Position numbers and translations under genes: made by a program. DNA of 64,000 nt from a bacterium (GTDB taxonomy: Bacteria; Patescibacteriota; Minisyncoccia; Phycocordibacterales; Phycocordibacteraceae). The notes under the pieces are model-generated. The model saw only the letters and a list, made by a program, of their open reading frames with translations. It did no database searches and was not told the DNA's origin. The stretch is from positions 2,390 to 66,389 of the forward strand of contig JAJYCP010000001.1 of assembly GCA_021778295.1 (NCBI GenBank), written 5' to 3'. Positions 48,442 through 58,231 of this stretch are shown here, in pieces (position 1 is the first letter of the stretch; the number at the start of each line of letters is the position of its first letter).

Positions 48442-48984
48442 ATGAAGAAATACGCGATAGGGACAGGCATCGTCGCAATCGCTCTCCTCGTTGCTGTAGC
48501 GCTGTGGAATGTGCGTACAGCGCGGGCGCCCTCGGGCGCGCAGGCCTGCCCGCAGGAAACGAAGCTCTGCCCCGACGGCTCCTCGGTGGGGCGCACAGGA
48601 CCCAACTGCGAATTTGCAGCATGCCCGGGATCAATTGCCACAAGCACTACCGGCGGTGGCAGTATTTTGCCCTATCACTCTGGCGTGCAAGGAACAGTCT
48701 CGCTCGGACCGACCTGTCCCGTAGAGCGTGTGCCGCCCAACCCGCAATGTGCGGATAAGCCCTACGCGGCCGCGATAATCATCTATCGCGCCGGTTCGCA
48801 ATCAGTGTTCATTATGGGGAATTCTGATACGAATGGCGTGTTCAAATTCTCGCTCCCACCCGGCTCGTACACGCTCAAAGCGGTGAGCGGGAATGTCTTC
48901 CCGCGCTGTACCCCGGTGAACGTTGAAGTTTCTGCGAGCGGATACGCCTCAACCGCCATTTCCTGTGATACGGGTATTCGCTAA
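48442..48984 (+). CDS. N-anchored secreted protein with a Cys-knot-like module and an Ig/CarboxypepD_reg-like domain
   Basis: TM IGTGIVAIALLVAVALW; CPQETKLCPDGSSVGRTGPNCEFAACP; FKFSLPPGSYTLKAVSG. Confidence 0.6.
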   Translation: MKKYAIGTGIVAIALLVAVALWNVRTARAPSGAQACPQETKLCPDGSSVGRTGPNCEFAACPGSIATSTTGGGSILPYHSGVQGTVSLGPTCPVERVPPNPQCADKPYAAAIIIYRAGSQSVFIMGNSDTNGVFKFSLPPGSYTLKAVSGNVFPRCTPVNVEVSASGYASTAISCDTGIR

Positions 48985-49053
48985 TCAGCGTTTGCTGCGA
49001 GCCCAGAGCTGGCAGGTGTATCATGAGCGTATTAGTCGGCTAACAGTATCGCT

Positions 49054-49320
49054 ATGAATAAACTCAATCCTCGTACGACTGGTGTTGCGATCGGCGTGTT
49101 TGCGGGCGGGTGCCATCTCCTCTGGTCTGTCCTCGTCGCGCTCGGATGGGCGCAGCCACTGGTGAATTTCATTCTCTGGGCGCACATGGTCAACACGTCA
49201 TATGTTGTCGGCCCGTTTGATCTCACTGCCGCCGCGACGCTCGTCATTTTGACAACTGTCATCGGATACGTCGTAGGAGATATCTTCGCGCGCATCTGGA
49301 ATCGGGTGCACCGCGTGTAA
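49054..49320 (+). CDS. Small 2-TM membrane protein, hypothetical
   Basis: 88 aa with two or three hydrophobic segments. Confidence 0.45.
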   Translation: MNKLNPRTTGVAIGVFAGGCHLLWSVLVALGWAQPLVNFILWAHMVNTSYVVGPFDLTAAATLVILTTVIGYVVGDIFARIWNRVHRV

Positions 49321-49321
49321 C

Positions 49322-49618
49322 ATGGCCATCGAATGGAATAAGGTGACGTGGTATTCAAAGCTGGCCGCGGTGGTAGTGTTCCTCGCGACGTTCCTCATTG
49401 CGTTCAATCTGGGCATCCTGTGGGAACAAACACACGTAGAGACGACACTTCTTGAGACACCACGCACGACGAGCGGGAAGGCGGGCAGTCAATCGTCTGT
49501 CGGCGGCGCAGGCGCGCGTTGCGGCGGATTTATCAGAAACGCACCGACGTGTGCGGCCGGTTTTCACTGCAAACTCGGAGCGATTGTCGATCAGGGCGGC
49601 GTGTGCGTACCGAACTAA
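49322..49618 (+). CDS. Small N-anchored secreted Cys-containing protein, hypothetical
   Basis: Its ATG is 1 nt after the upstream stop. TM KLAAVVVFLATFLIAFNLGIL; C-terminal CGGFIRNAPTCAAGFHCKLGAIVDQGGVC. Confidence 0.5.
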   Translation: MAIEWNKVTWYSKLAAVVVFLATFLIAFNLGILWEQTHVETTLLETPRTTSGKAGSQSSVGGAGARCGGFIRNAPTCAAGFHCKLGAIVDQGGVCVPN

Positions 49619-49627
49619 AACCCATTT

Positions 49628-49738
49628 CAAACCCCCGCTCGGGTATGCGACAGAAAGGAGTACGCCGTCTTTTGTGCTCAAAAAGCGGCTCGTACTCGCG
49701 CCCTTTCTGCCGCATACACCTCGCGGGGAGGGGGTTTG
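49628..49738. repeat. 111-nt extended imperfect hairpin (nearly the whole element is self-complementary)
   Basis: Outer arms CAAACCCCCGCtcGGGTATGCGaCAGAAAGG / CCTTTCTGcCGCATACaCCtcGCGGGGaGGGGGTTTG. Inner arms AGTACGccGtCTTTT / AAAAAGcGGctCGTACT. Confidence 0.85.
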
Positions 49739-49772
49739 AGGTGGTTTCTGTCGAGTCTGATACAGTGTCCTC

Positions 49773-51488
49773 ATGACCCAAGCGGAGGCGCTCACGATAT
49801 TGAAAACGGGCGCGAACGTATACCTCACCGGCGAGCCCGGAAGCGGAAAGACGCATACGATAAACGAGTTCATCGGCTGGCTACGCGCATCGGGTATCGA
49901 GCCATCGGTCACGGCGGCGACCGGCATCGCGGCGACGCACGTCGCCGGCATGACGCTCCATTCGTGGAGCGGCATCGGCGTGAGCGAGTCGCTCACGAGG
50001 GCCGAGGTGGACCGCATCGCGAGCAAGGAACATGTTGCGCGCCGCATCCAGAAGGCGAAGGTGCTCATCATCGAGGAAATCTCGATGCTTTCGGCGGCGA
50101 CGTTTCAAATGGCGGACGCCGTCTGCAGGGAGGTGCGGCGCGTCAATACGGCTTTCGGCGGACTCACGGTCATCCTCGTGGGAGATTTCTTTCAGCTGCC
50201 GCCGGTCTCGCGCGGACGCGACGTCGCATTCGCCTATGACTCGGGAACATGGCGCGAACTGAATCCGCTCACCTGCTACCTCACCGAGCAGTACCGGCAG
50301 GACGATACCGAATTTCTCGGCGTGCTCTCCGCGATACGCGCAGGAGAGGTCGAAGAGCTCCATCACGAAACGCTCATGACGCGCCATATGGGAGCGGCAG
50401 CGCTCCCGCTCGGCGCGCCGAAACTTTTTTCGCACAATGCGGACGTCGACCGCATCAATGCCGAGGAACTCGCCAAGCTTCCGGGCGCATCAAAAAAGTT
50501 CCTGATGAGCTCGAAAGGGAAGGATTCGTTCGTTGAAGGGCTCCAGCGCGGCTGCCTTTCCCCGGAAATCTTGGAACTCAAAGACGGCGCGGCGGTGATG
50601 TTTACCAAAAACTCGCCGCAAGGAAGATTCGTCAACGGCACGCTCGGCGTCGTCGCCGGATGGGACGCGAGCGGGATGCCGATCGTCGAGACGAAAGAGG
50701 GACTGCGCATAGCGACCGAACCGATGGAGTGGCAGCTTGAAGAACAGGGGAAGGTACGGGCGAGCATATCTCAGATACCGCTGCGGCTTGCGTATGCGAT
50801 GACGGTGCACAAGAGCCAGGGAATGAGTATGGATGCGGCGATTATCGATCTCTCGAAAGCGTTTGAATACGGACAAGGGTACGTCGCGCTCTCGCGTGTG
50901 CGGCGGCTTTCCGGAGTGTATCTCACCGGCCTCAATGAACGCGCGCTCCGCGTGCACCCTGAGATCTTGGAAAAGGATCATGAATTTCGCGCCGCCTCGG
51001 AGGCGGCGCGGGAGACGTTCGGCATGATGGCGGAGGCGGAGGCGGTCGGCATGCAAAAGAAATTCGTGAAAGCGCTCGGCGGCGCGTGGATGGAAAAAAC
51101 GCCACGCGGGAAGGAAAGGCCGGCGGGCAAGAAATCGGGAACAGGGCTGCCTGGAAGGCTCGCGGAAACATTGCAAACAGTCCGAGACGCTCCAACCCTT
51201 AAAGACGCGGCAAAGGCGCGCGGGCTCGCCGCCTCGACTATCGTGAAGCATTTGGAAGAACTTGCCGAGACAGGGACGCTCACTCGTGCTGATTTCGCCC
51301 ATCTCATTTCGCCGGATGCGGCCGATGAAATACACGAGGCGCTCGAAGCTGCAGGCGGCGAACGCCTCTCGCCTGTATTCCATGCCCTTGGTGGACGCTA
51401 CTCTTTTGAAACGATTCGTCTTGCACGGCTCACGCGGCGGTCAGCACCTGCGTCGTTTTCCGAAAAGGAAGATCGGCGAGCATTTTAA
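49773..51488 (+). CDS. Pif1/RecD-family (AAA_30) DNA helicase with a C-terminal HTH-like domain
   Basis: Walker A GEPGSGKTH, IIEEISM, VGDFFQLPPV, AMTVHKSQG, and a C-terminal helical region (LKDAAKARGLAASTIVKHLEEL). Confidence 0.85.
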   Translation: MTQAEALTILKTGANVYLTGEPGSGKTHTINEFIGWLRASGIEPSVTAATGIAATHVAGMTLHSWSGIGVSESLTRAEVDRIASKEHVARRIQKAKVLIIEEISMLSAATFQMADAVCREVRRVNTAFGGLTVILVGDFFQLPPVSRGRDVAFAYDSGTWRELNPLTCYLTEQYRQDDTEFLGVLSAIRAGEVEELHHETLMTRHMGAAALPLGAPKLFSHNADVDRINAEELAKLPGASKKFLMSSKGKDSFVEGLQRGCLSPEILELKDGAAVMFTKNSPQGRFVNGTLGVVAGWDASGMPIVETKEGLRIATEPMEWQLEEQGKVRASISQIPLRLAYAMTVHKSQGMSMDAAIIDLSKAFEYGQGYVALSRVRRLSGVYLTGLNERALRVHPEILEKDHEFRAASEAARETFGMMAEAEAVGMQKKFVKALGGAWMEKTPRGKERPAGKKSGTGLPGRLAETLQTVRDAPTLKDAAKARGLAASTIVKHLEELAETGTLTRADFAHLISPDAADEIHEALEAAGGERLSPVFHALGGRYSFETIRLARLTRRSAPASFSEKEDRRAF

Positions 51489-53826
51489 AGAGTGCGGTGA
51501 TTTGCATCCAGAAGAAGGACCAGACCCAGACGAAAGCGATGACCCAGAGCGGAATCGGCGCGGTGAAGAAGCCGAAAGCGGCGGCAAGCGTCACGAGCAG
51601 CTGCGTGGCGGTCACCGCCGTGATGACCTGCCAGCTCGGGAGCCAGCGGAACCAATTGTTCTCGGTATGCGCGACATAGATAAGCATATGTCCCGAAATA
51701 ACGAGTTTCAGGAAAAAGAGCGTCTGTATCCATGCCCAGGGCAGATGCAGATAGGAATACGCGAGAAAGAACATGAGAACGCTGTTCAACACGCCCGCAA
51801 AACCGAAAGTAAAACTTGATGCGGCGCGCTGCCTCACGTCGATTGCGGCGGGCGCTCGGGGAATTTTCACTCTGTCGAAAGCGGTCGAGATGATGGGTAC
51901 GTCGTTGAGGAATGCGAGAAGAAGCACTTGGATGGGAGTGAGCGGATAGTTCCGCGTGATAACGCCGATGATGACAATCGTCAAAATAAGACGCGAACTT
52001 TCCGAAATTCGGTACAGAGAGTAGTGATACACGCGCATGAAAACAGTGCGCGCTTCTCTGATGGCGGAGCCGATGACCGCAAGCCCGTTTGCGGTAAGCA
52101 CCATGTCGGCCGTCTCGCGGAGCGCATCCACCGCGTGCGCGACTGCGATGCCGACATCCGCATCCGAAACCGAGGGAATATCGTTCGCGCCATCACCCGT
52201 GACGGCAACGCGCGCATAATTCTTTGCCGCCTCGACCGCGAGATATTTGTCTTTCGGCACGACCTCCGCGAATCCCGCAGCACCCGGGAGTACCCGCGCG
52301 AGCGTGTGCGGATCGTCGAAAACACTACGGTCGTACGTCATGCCCTGCAGGTTGAGCGTATGCGCCATCTCGCGCGCGATAGGGAGGCCGTCCCCCGTGA
52401 GCATCTTGACGGTGATACCGTCATCGCGCATCGTCTCTACCGTTTGCGCGGCATCAGCGCGCAGCGCGTCCGCAAGCAAGAGGAGCGCGACCGGCTCCAG
52501 ATTATGCTCTTCGCGCGATTGCCGAGCGACTGCAACGAGCAGTGCGCGGTCGCCGCGCTCGGCGGCCGCATCGATTGTTTTTGTAAAGAGCGTACTCGCA
52601 GTCGTCGTAAAACGGCAGAGCGCGGCAACCGTCGGCGGCGCGCCGAGGGTGATCGTCCACGGCGTGCCCTCGTGCTCGACGATCGCCGTATCGCGCTTGC
52701 GCTCTGAATCGCCGGGAATAAACGAAATTTGAGAAAGAAGCGCGATGTGTTTGGCGGTAGTAGTGTCGCGGATAGCCGTTTCCAGCGGATTCGCCTCGGC
52801 CGCATCGGTCGCGCTCGCCGCAAGCAAAAGCGCGTCATCCTCGCTCCACCCGGGGAAAACGACGATCGACGCAATATGGATTTTATTTTCGGTCAGAGTT
52901 CCCGTCTTGTCGGAAAGAAGAAGATTGACGTTTGCAAGGTCTTCAAGCGAGGAAAGACGGCGTACGATAGCTCCGTTTCTTGCGAGATTAAGGACGCCCA
53001 CACTGATGATGAGCGACATCACCGTCGGCAGTTCGACCGGAATACCCGCGATGAGCAGTGAAATGCCGAGGGTCATCACGTCCACAAGCGTGCCGTGATT
53101 GAGAAGGAGGACGATGGTCACAATCACTATCGCCGCAAGCGCAAGAAGAGAGAGCATTTTTGATATGGAGAGAATGTCGGTTTCCAACGCCGAACGTTTC
53201 TTCGCGAGCTCAAGCGTCTTGACCGCTTTCCCGAAATACGTGCGCGCGCCGGTCGCCGTTATAAGCGCTTCGCCGGAACCGCTTGTGACAAACGCCGCCG
53301 AATAGACGGTATCGCCCGCCCGTTTTTCTTTCGGCAGGGATTCACCCGTCAACATCGACTCATCGGCCGAAAAATTTGCAGCGGTACTGAGTTTCGCATC
53401 GGCCGGTATAAGCGAACCGATGCGCAGCGCTATGCGATCGCCCGGAACGAGCGTGGCGGCGCCCACATGCTTCCACATGCCGTCGCGTAGTACCGTTGCC
53501 GAAACCGCCAGATGCTCCTCGAGCTTCGCCACCGTTTGATCGGCTTTGTGTTCGTGCCACAGCTGAACCGCATAATTGACCAGAAGGAGAAAAAGGATGA
53601 GCGCTGCGTCGGCCCCCTTGCCGCTCACGTAGGAGAGCGATGCCGCCGCGAGCAGCATGAGCGGTATGGGAGAAATAAACCAATGGAGGAATTTCAACAG
53701 TGTGCTCTTTTTTTGTATCGTCAGCGTGTTCGGGCCGAATTGCGCAAGCAAACGCGCCGCCGCGCTTTCGGAGAGGCCGCGCGCGGGGTCTGTCGTCGGA
53801 TTCGACTGTGTAAGGGACGAGGACAC
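51430..53826 (-). CDS. P-type cation-transporting ATPase (type III H+/Mg2+-like)
   Basis: TGES, DKTGTLT and VAVTGDGANDIPSVSDADVGIAV motifs with about 10 TM helices. Its 3' end overlaps the convergent helicase gene by 59 nt. Confidence 0.9.
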   Translation of the reverse strand: MSSSLTQSNPTTDPARGLSESAAARLLAQFGPNTLTIQKKSTLLKFLHWFISPIPLMLLAAASLSYVSGKGADAALILFLLLVNYAVQLWHEHKADQTVAKLEEHLAVSATVLRDGMWKHVGAATLVPGDRIALRIGSLIPADAKLSTAANFSADESMLTGESLPKEKRAGDTVYSAAFVTSGSGEALITATGARTYFGKAVKTLELAKKRSALETDILSISKMLSLLALAAIVIVTIVLLLNHGTLVDVMTLGISLLIAGIPVELPTVMSLIISVGVLNLARNGAIVRRLSSLEDLANVNLLLSDKTGTLTENKIHIASIVVFPGWSEDDALLLAASATDAAEANPLETAIRDTTTAKHIALLSQISFIPGDSERKRDTAIVEHEGTPWTITLGAPPTVAALCRFTTTASTLFTKTIDAAAERGDRALLVAVARQSREEHNLEPVALLLLADALRADAAQTVETMRDDGITVKMLTGDGLPIAREMAHTLNLQGMTYDRSVFDDPHTLARVLPGAAGFAEVVPKDKYLAVEAAKNYARVAVTGDGANDIPSVSDADVGIAVAHAVDALRETADMVLTANGLAVIGSAIREARTVFMRVYHYSLYRISESSRLILTIVIIGVITRNYPLTPIQVLLLAFLNDVPIISTAFDRVKIPRAPAAIDVRQRAASSFTFGFAGVLNSVLMFFLAYSYLHLPWAWIQTLFFLKLVISGHMLIYVAHTENNWFRWLPSWQVITAVTATQLLVTLAAAFGFFTAPIPLWVIAFVWVWSFFWMQITALFKMLADLPFRKTTQVLTAA

Positions 53827-53838
53827 GAATGGATACGA

Positions 53839-54585
53839 TTAGTCTATCAAGGCCTCTATAAGGCGCTGTGTCTGTTGCGGGTCGGACACGCCGCGTGTTT
53901 CTACGCCGGTCTTGAAAACGGCCTCGTCATTCCCGCCCGCGACCAGTTCATCACCGATGTAGAGCGCGTCCGACTCGCTCACACGGAGCCGTTCGCACAA
54001 TTTGCGGAGGCCATAGGCTTTGTCAATGTTCCGTTTTGTTATGTCGATTGACGTAGAGCCGCCCATAGAGACCGAGAACTCCGGTAATCGCTCCGCGATA
54101 TTCGCCTGGAGCGCGCGGCGTTTCGCGCGATCAATATCCCATTCTTTCTTCAGAGCAAGCGGCGCCTCCTGTCCGAGCGCGGAAAGCGTTACCTGACTGC
54201 CGCGGTACTCGATGCGTTCTCCATACGCAGGTTTTGAGAAGTCGATAAGACCGGTTTCCGCGGCGGCCTCGCGAAGCGCCGCCGCGATGGTGTCGGCTTC
54301 TTTTTCCGAAAGGCGCTCCTCGTACACCTTGCGCCACTCATCTTTGTCGCGCTCGTAGAGCATGGCACCGGAGGTAGGCAACAGGTATAGATGCGTAAGC
54401 ACTGCGTCTCTTGGTAATCGTTCGACAACTTGCTTCAGAAATTGCGACAACGTGCCGCCGGAAATGATAGCGACGTTAGTGACAGCAAGTAGGCGCGCCA
54501 CAAGCGCCGCCATTTCCTCAGTGAGCGGTTGTTTGCTCTCGGTAAGCGTTCCGTCAAGGTCGAAAAAGATGAGTTTAGGTATCAT
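53839..54585 (-). CDS. HAD-IIB family hydrolase/phosphatase
   Basis: MIPKLIFFDLDGTLTES, ISGG and GDELVAGGNDE. The long ORF (to 55029) upstream of this ATG overlaps the GH130 gene, so it is not used. Confidence 0.8.
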   Translation of the reverse strand: MIPKLIFFDLDGTLTESKQPLTEEMAALVARLLAVTNVAIISGGTLSQFLKQVVERLPRDAVLTHLYLLPTSGAMLYERDKDEWRKVYEERLSEKEADTIAAALREAAAETGLIDFSKPAYGERIEYRGSQVTLSALGQEAPLALKKEWDIDRAKRRALQANIAERLPEFSVSMGGSTSIDITKRNIDKAYGLRKLCERLRVSESDALYIGDELVAGGNDEAVFKTGVETRGVSDPQQTQRLIEALID

Positions 54586-54619
54586 ATTCTCGGCGCATAT
54601 TGCGCAGGGTTTCGTATAC

Positions 54620-56521
54620 TCATGTGAGCGCATCGATGATGTGCGCAAGCGAGGCGGTCGCGACACCGACCACTTTGTCCGCGCCGCCATAGTAGAGGAA
54701 AAGCTTATCGGCGCGCACCACCGCGCCGCAGGGAAACACGACATTCGCGACTTCGCCTTCTTTCTCGTATCGTTCAATCGGTTCAAAAATAGGGTCGGTG
54801 GTGCGTGCGAGGACAGACGTGCCGGCAGAGTCGAGGAGCGCCGCGCCGACGCGGTATATCCCGTGGCGCGATACGCCGTGGTAGAGCATGAGCCACTGAT
54901 CGCCGATTTTGATCGGCGGCGCGGCGCTCCCGACTTTCGCCCCGTCCCACATGCCGCGGCGCGGTCCGATAATCTCGATGCAACGGGAGACCCGTTTACC
55001 CGAAGCAAGATCGGGGAGCAGATCGGCACAAATTTGATTATTAATGCGGTGGTAGAGTAGATGATTCCCGCCTATTTTTTCCGGCAGGAGCGCAAGGTCC
55101 TTGTCATCGACGCCGTCAGGCGTCAGCAAGAAAGGCGTGCTCCATCGCTCAAAGCGCCGCGCGAGGAAGTCATCGACGCTGATTGAAGAAACCGCGCCGG
55201 AGGGCATATGCACGCCGTCATAGGCGGTGTAGGTCAGGTACAATAGGTCGTCGATGCGCACGATACGCGGATCTTCGCAACCGGAATTACCCGTCGGGCT
55301 GCCGCGTTTCTGTTCAAATTCAGCGCGCGGCACGTACACCGGCTCCGATAAACGCTCATCGATGGTGCTACCGTCTCTTGAAAGCGCGAGTCCGATGGTA
55401 GACGTGTTAGCCGCGTCCATTGCGCGGTAAAGGATGTACACCGTGCCGTTGATGTCGATACCGGCGGGATTGAAGACTGCACGGCTTTCAAAACCGTTCC
55501 CGCGCGGCTCGAGTACCGGACTTTCTTTCGTGCGGACGAACGTGCGCGCCGGTCCTTCGGGATCCAGGGCGCGCAAGAGGTCCGAAAGCTTGACACTCGC
55601 TTTCGCGCAGACCGTGTCTGCCGCGCCGTACCAGATATCAAGCCGATTCTCGTCGGCGAGTGTCGTGCTCGTAGGAAAGACGATGTCGGGCACGATGCCG
55701 TACCGTTCGTAGATTTCTTCCGGAACAAGCAGCGCCGCAGTACGCGAGATTATGTTTGATGGATTGTCCCGGTCGAGAAGCGCCGCCTCCACGGAAAAGA
55801 CGCGTTCGCCGCCGGAGAAATAATTTTCAATATAAGAGTAGAAAATGAGCCAGCCGCGTTCGGTCAGAATCGGCACGTTCCCGACCTCAACATGATCTTT
55901 CCCGCTACGCTTGAGGGAGAGTTTGTGCGATTGCCACGAAGCGTACCATGGCGCCCAAAAGTCCGGCGACCAAAAATCCTCAATAGCATCGGCGAGCGCA
56001 AGGCATATTTCCGCGGGCGGTTCATCGGTGTGAACGGACAAAAGCGCCGCGACCTTTCCGCCGACGCGCTCGGGGAAAATCGCGAATGCCTTCGCGTTGA
56101 ACGGAGTCGCGCAGTGCCGCTCCGTGAAATTCTTACCGTCCTTTGCGACGGCGATGCCGACTTTGATGTTGTCTTTCGAAAAAGGATAACCGCCGAGCGC
56201 GGTGTACGAGAGGTACCGCGCACCTTCAAAAACCGTGACACGAGGGTCTTCGCAACCGAAGGCTTCCCAAGGATGTTCGGGGACGAGTATCTGCCGTTGC
56301 GAATGGAAATGAAGGCCGTCTTCGGAGAATGCTTCGCCGATGGTCGATTGCCCGGCGTAGGGCGCGACGAGCGCCGCAGGGTTCGAAAGCGCGCGATAAT
56401 ACATGCGCCAGCCATTTTCTTCGCGGATGACCGAAGGATTAAAGGTTGCAAAGGCCTCCCAGGGGTGTTCGCGCTGCGGCGCGAGGATGGGATTACGCGG
56501 TTCTCGGCGGATGGTAAACAT
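54620..56521 (-). CDS. Tandem double GH130-like (beta-propeller glycoside phosphorylase/hydrolase-like) protein
   Basis: Two copies of the pattern NPIL.P....WE....FNP....(G)....YRA...; CEDPR(V/I); YGGAD. Confidence 0.7.
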   Translation of the reverse strand: MFTIRREPRNPILAPQREHPWEAFATFNPSVIREENGWRMYYRALSNPAALVAPYAGQSTIGEAFSEDGLHFHSQRQILVPEHPWEAFGCEDPRVTVFEGARYLSYTALGGYPFSKDNIKVGIAVAKDGKNFTERHCATPFNAKAFAIFPERVGGKVAALLSVHTDEPPAEICLALADAIEDFWSPDFWAPWYASWQSHKLSLKRSGKDHVEVGNVPILTERGWLIFYSYIENYFSGGERVFSVEAALLDRDNPSNIISRTAALLVPEEIYERYGIVPDIVFPTSTTLADENRLDIWYGAADTVCAKASVKLSDLLRALDPEGPARTFVRTKESPVLEPRGNGFESRAVFNPAGIDINGTVYILYRAMDAANTSTIGLALSRDGSTIDERLSEPVYVPRAEFEQKRGSPTGNSGCEDPRIVRIDDLLYLTYTAYDGVHMPSGAVSSISVDDFLARRFERWSTPFLLTPDGVDDKDLALLPEKIGGNHLLYHRINNQICADLLPDLASGKRVSRCIEIIGPRRGMWDGAKVGSAAPPIKIGDQWLMLYHGVSRHGIYRVGAALLDSAGTSVLARTTDPIFEPIERYEKEGEVANVVFPCGAVVRADKLFLYYGGADKVVGVATASLAHIIDALT

Positions 56522-56524
56522 AGA

Positions 56525-57682
56525 TCAGCTTGTCCGAGCGTCGTGCGACTCAAGCGACGGAGAACGACTTCCCTCAGTGAGCGTATCGAGGAAAGAATCA
56601 AGCGCCGCGGTTGCGACGCAGACAACCTTGTCCGCGCCGCCGTAGTAGACGAAGAGCGTGCCGTCGCGTATAACCGCGCCGCACGCGTACACGATGCCCG
56701 GCTTGCCGCGATTCTCGTACTGTTCGTCGGGTGAGAGAATCGGCGCGGCGGCGCGATGGATCACTCTCGTCGGATCATCGAGATCAAGCAGCAGCGCGCC
56801 GAGCTTGTAGCGCCCGGGATCGTGCTCATCGATCGCATGGTAGAAAAGCAGCCATCCGCGCTCGGTTTTGAGCGGCGGCGGACCAGCGCTCCTGATAAAA
56901 CTGTCCCACGTGTTTTCGCGGGCGGGGAGGCTGTCGCGCGCCCCGACCCAGCTCTCGATGAAAGGTTCCGCGCCACCAACCTCTTCAAGCGAATCGCGAT
57001 ATGCGATCTCTACTTCCGGCGCAATACTGTGAAGGATAGCGAACTTTCCGTGTATCTTTTCCGGGAAGAGCACCCAATTTTTCTGCCGTTCTCCGGGGCG
57101 CGACAGGATATACGGTCCGTCCCACGTTCCGAATCTATGTGCGGCGAAATCATCTTTCGCTATTGAAATCACGGCGACACGGATGAAATCCCATCCGTCG
57201 AACATATTGAATGTGATGTACACACGGTCCCCGATGACGACCGCGCGCGGATCCTCGCAACCACCCCAACTGCCGCCCGACGGATACAGGACGGGTGAAT
57301 ATCTGCGCTGACCTGAGAAGTTGCGCGGATTTTGCGCGACATAGGCGGGATAGGGGAGCCGCGTATCGAAGACGATACCCTTCGCACTGCTTGCATACCC
57401 GAGGCGCGAAACGCCGTCGGTGCCGATAGCGCGGTAGACAAGGTGCGTGCGATCGTCAAGAACGACCGCCGCCGGGTTCATAACCGCTTCGGCAGTCCAC
57501 GGGCTTCCTCCGGGGGCCAGGATGGGATTGTGCACCGACTTGTCGAGCAAGAGTCGCCGTAGCCGCAGGATCTCTATGATTTTTTTACGGAAGGGTTTTG
57601 AGAACGCGGCACCCAAAAGCGCTCCGATCACGAAGAAAGAAAAGAGCAGTGCGAGGATGTTCGCTAGAAAGGGCAAGCTCAT
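56525..57682 (-). CDS. Membrane-anchored GH130-like protein
   Basis: N-terminal TM LPFLANILALLFSFFVIGALLGAAF, then NPILAPGGSPWTAEAVMNPAAV...YRAIG, CEDPR, YYGGADKV. Confidence 0.7.
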   Translation of the reverse strand: MSLPFLANILALLFSFFVIGALLGAAFSKPFRKKIIEILRLRRLLLDKSVHNPILAPGGSPWTAEAVMNPAAVVLDDRTHLVYRAIGTDGVSRLGYASSAKGIVFDTRLPYPAYVAQNPRNFSGQRRYSPVLYPSGGSWGGCEDPRAVVIGDRVYITFNMFDGWDFIRVAVISIAKDDFAAHRFGTWDGPYILSRPGERQKNWVLFPEKIHGKFAILHSIAPEVEIAYRDSLEEVGGAEPFIESWVGARDSLPARENTWDSFIRSAGPPPLKTERGWLLFYHAIDEHDPGRYKLGALLLDLDDPTRVIHRAAAPILSPDEQYENRGKPGIVYACGAVIRDGTLFVYYGGADKVVCVATAALDSFLDTLTEGSRSPSLESHDARTS

Positions 57683-57748
57683 GAGTAAGAGATGAACTTC
57701 TTTACAATAGCATCCCACTGACGAAAGTTATGGTGCGGAATGCACATG

Positions 57749-57757
57749 TGGTATAAT
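57749..57757 (+). promoter_or_regulatory. Consensus extended -10 TGgTATAAT, 6 nt upstream of the panD ATG
   Basis: catgTGGTATAATcgccgcATG. Confidence 0.55.
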
Positions 57758-57763
57758 CGCCGC

Positions 57764-58138
57764 ATGTTGGTCAATGTCTGCATCGGGAAATTGCATCGGG
57801 CGACGGTCACCGATGCCGACCTGAACTACGTCGGCTCCATCACCATAGATGAAACATTGCTTGAAGCGGCCGGGCTTGTGCCGGGGCAGATGGTGCAGAT
57901 CACGAACGTCTCAAACGCCGCTTTGTGGCGCACGTATATCGTGAAAGGAGAGAGGGGGAAGGGAGAGATCATCCTGAACGGCCCGCCCGCCCGCCTTTTC
58001 CAAAAGGGCGACAAAGTCATCATCCTCGGCGAAGCGTGGGTTCCCGCGGCGGATGCTGCACAAATGAGCCCGACAGTCGTTTTTATGGACGATCAGAACA
58101 ACATTACCGAGGTGAAAAAGGGCTGGCGGCCGCAGTAG
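57764..58138 (+). CDS. panD: Aspartate 1-decarboxylase (pyruvoyl-dependent)
   Basis: GKLHRATVTDADLNYVGSITIDETLLEAAG, with the self-cleavage G-S site. Confidence 0.88.
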   Translation: MLVNVCIGKLHRATVTDADLNYVGSITIDETLLEAAGLVPGQMVQITNVSNAALWRTYIVKGERGKGEIILNGPPARLFQKGDKVIILGEAWVPAADAAQMSPTVVFMDDQNNITEVKKGWRPQ

Positions 58139-58231
58139 TTGCGCAAGTCACAGTAAAGCGTATTCTCCAGCGAGAAGCCCTTTCATAGCAAAAGGTTCGT
58201 AACTTTCCCAGACCAGAGGAGTATACGCAAC

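Noticed and set aside
53839-55029. Full 396-aa ORF as the HAD gene.
   Set aside because: The N-terminal 148 residues are Arg/Ser/Pro-rich, overlap the well-supported GH130 gene on the same strand in another frame, and precede a canonical HAD start (MIPKLIFFDLDGTL). The short form 53839..54585 is used.
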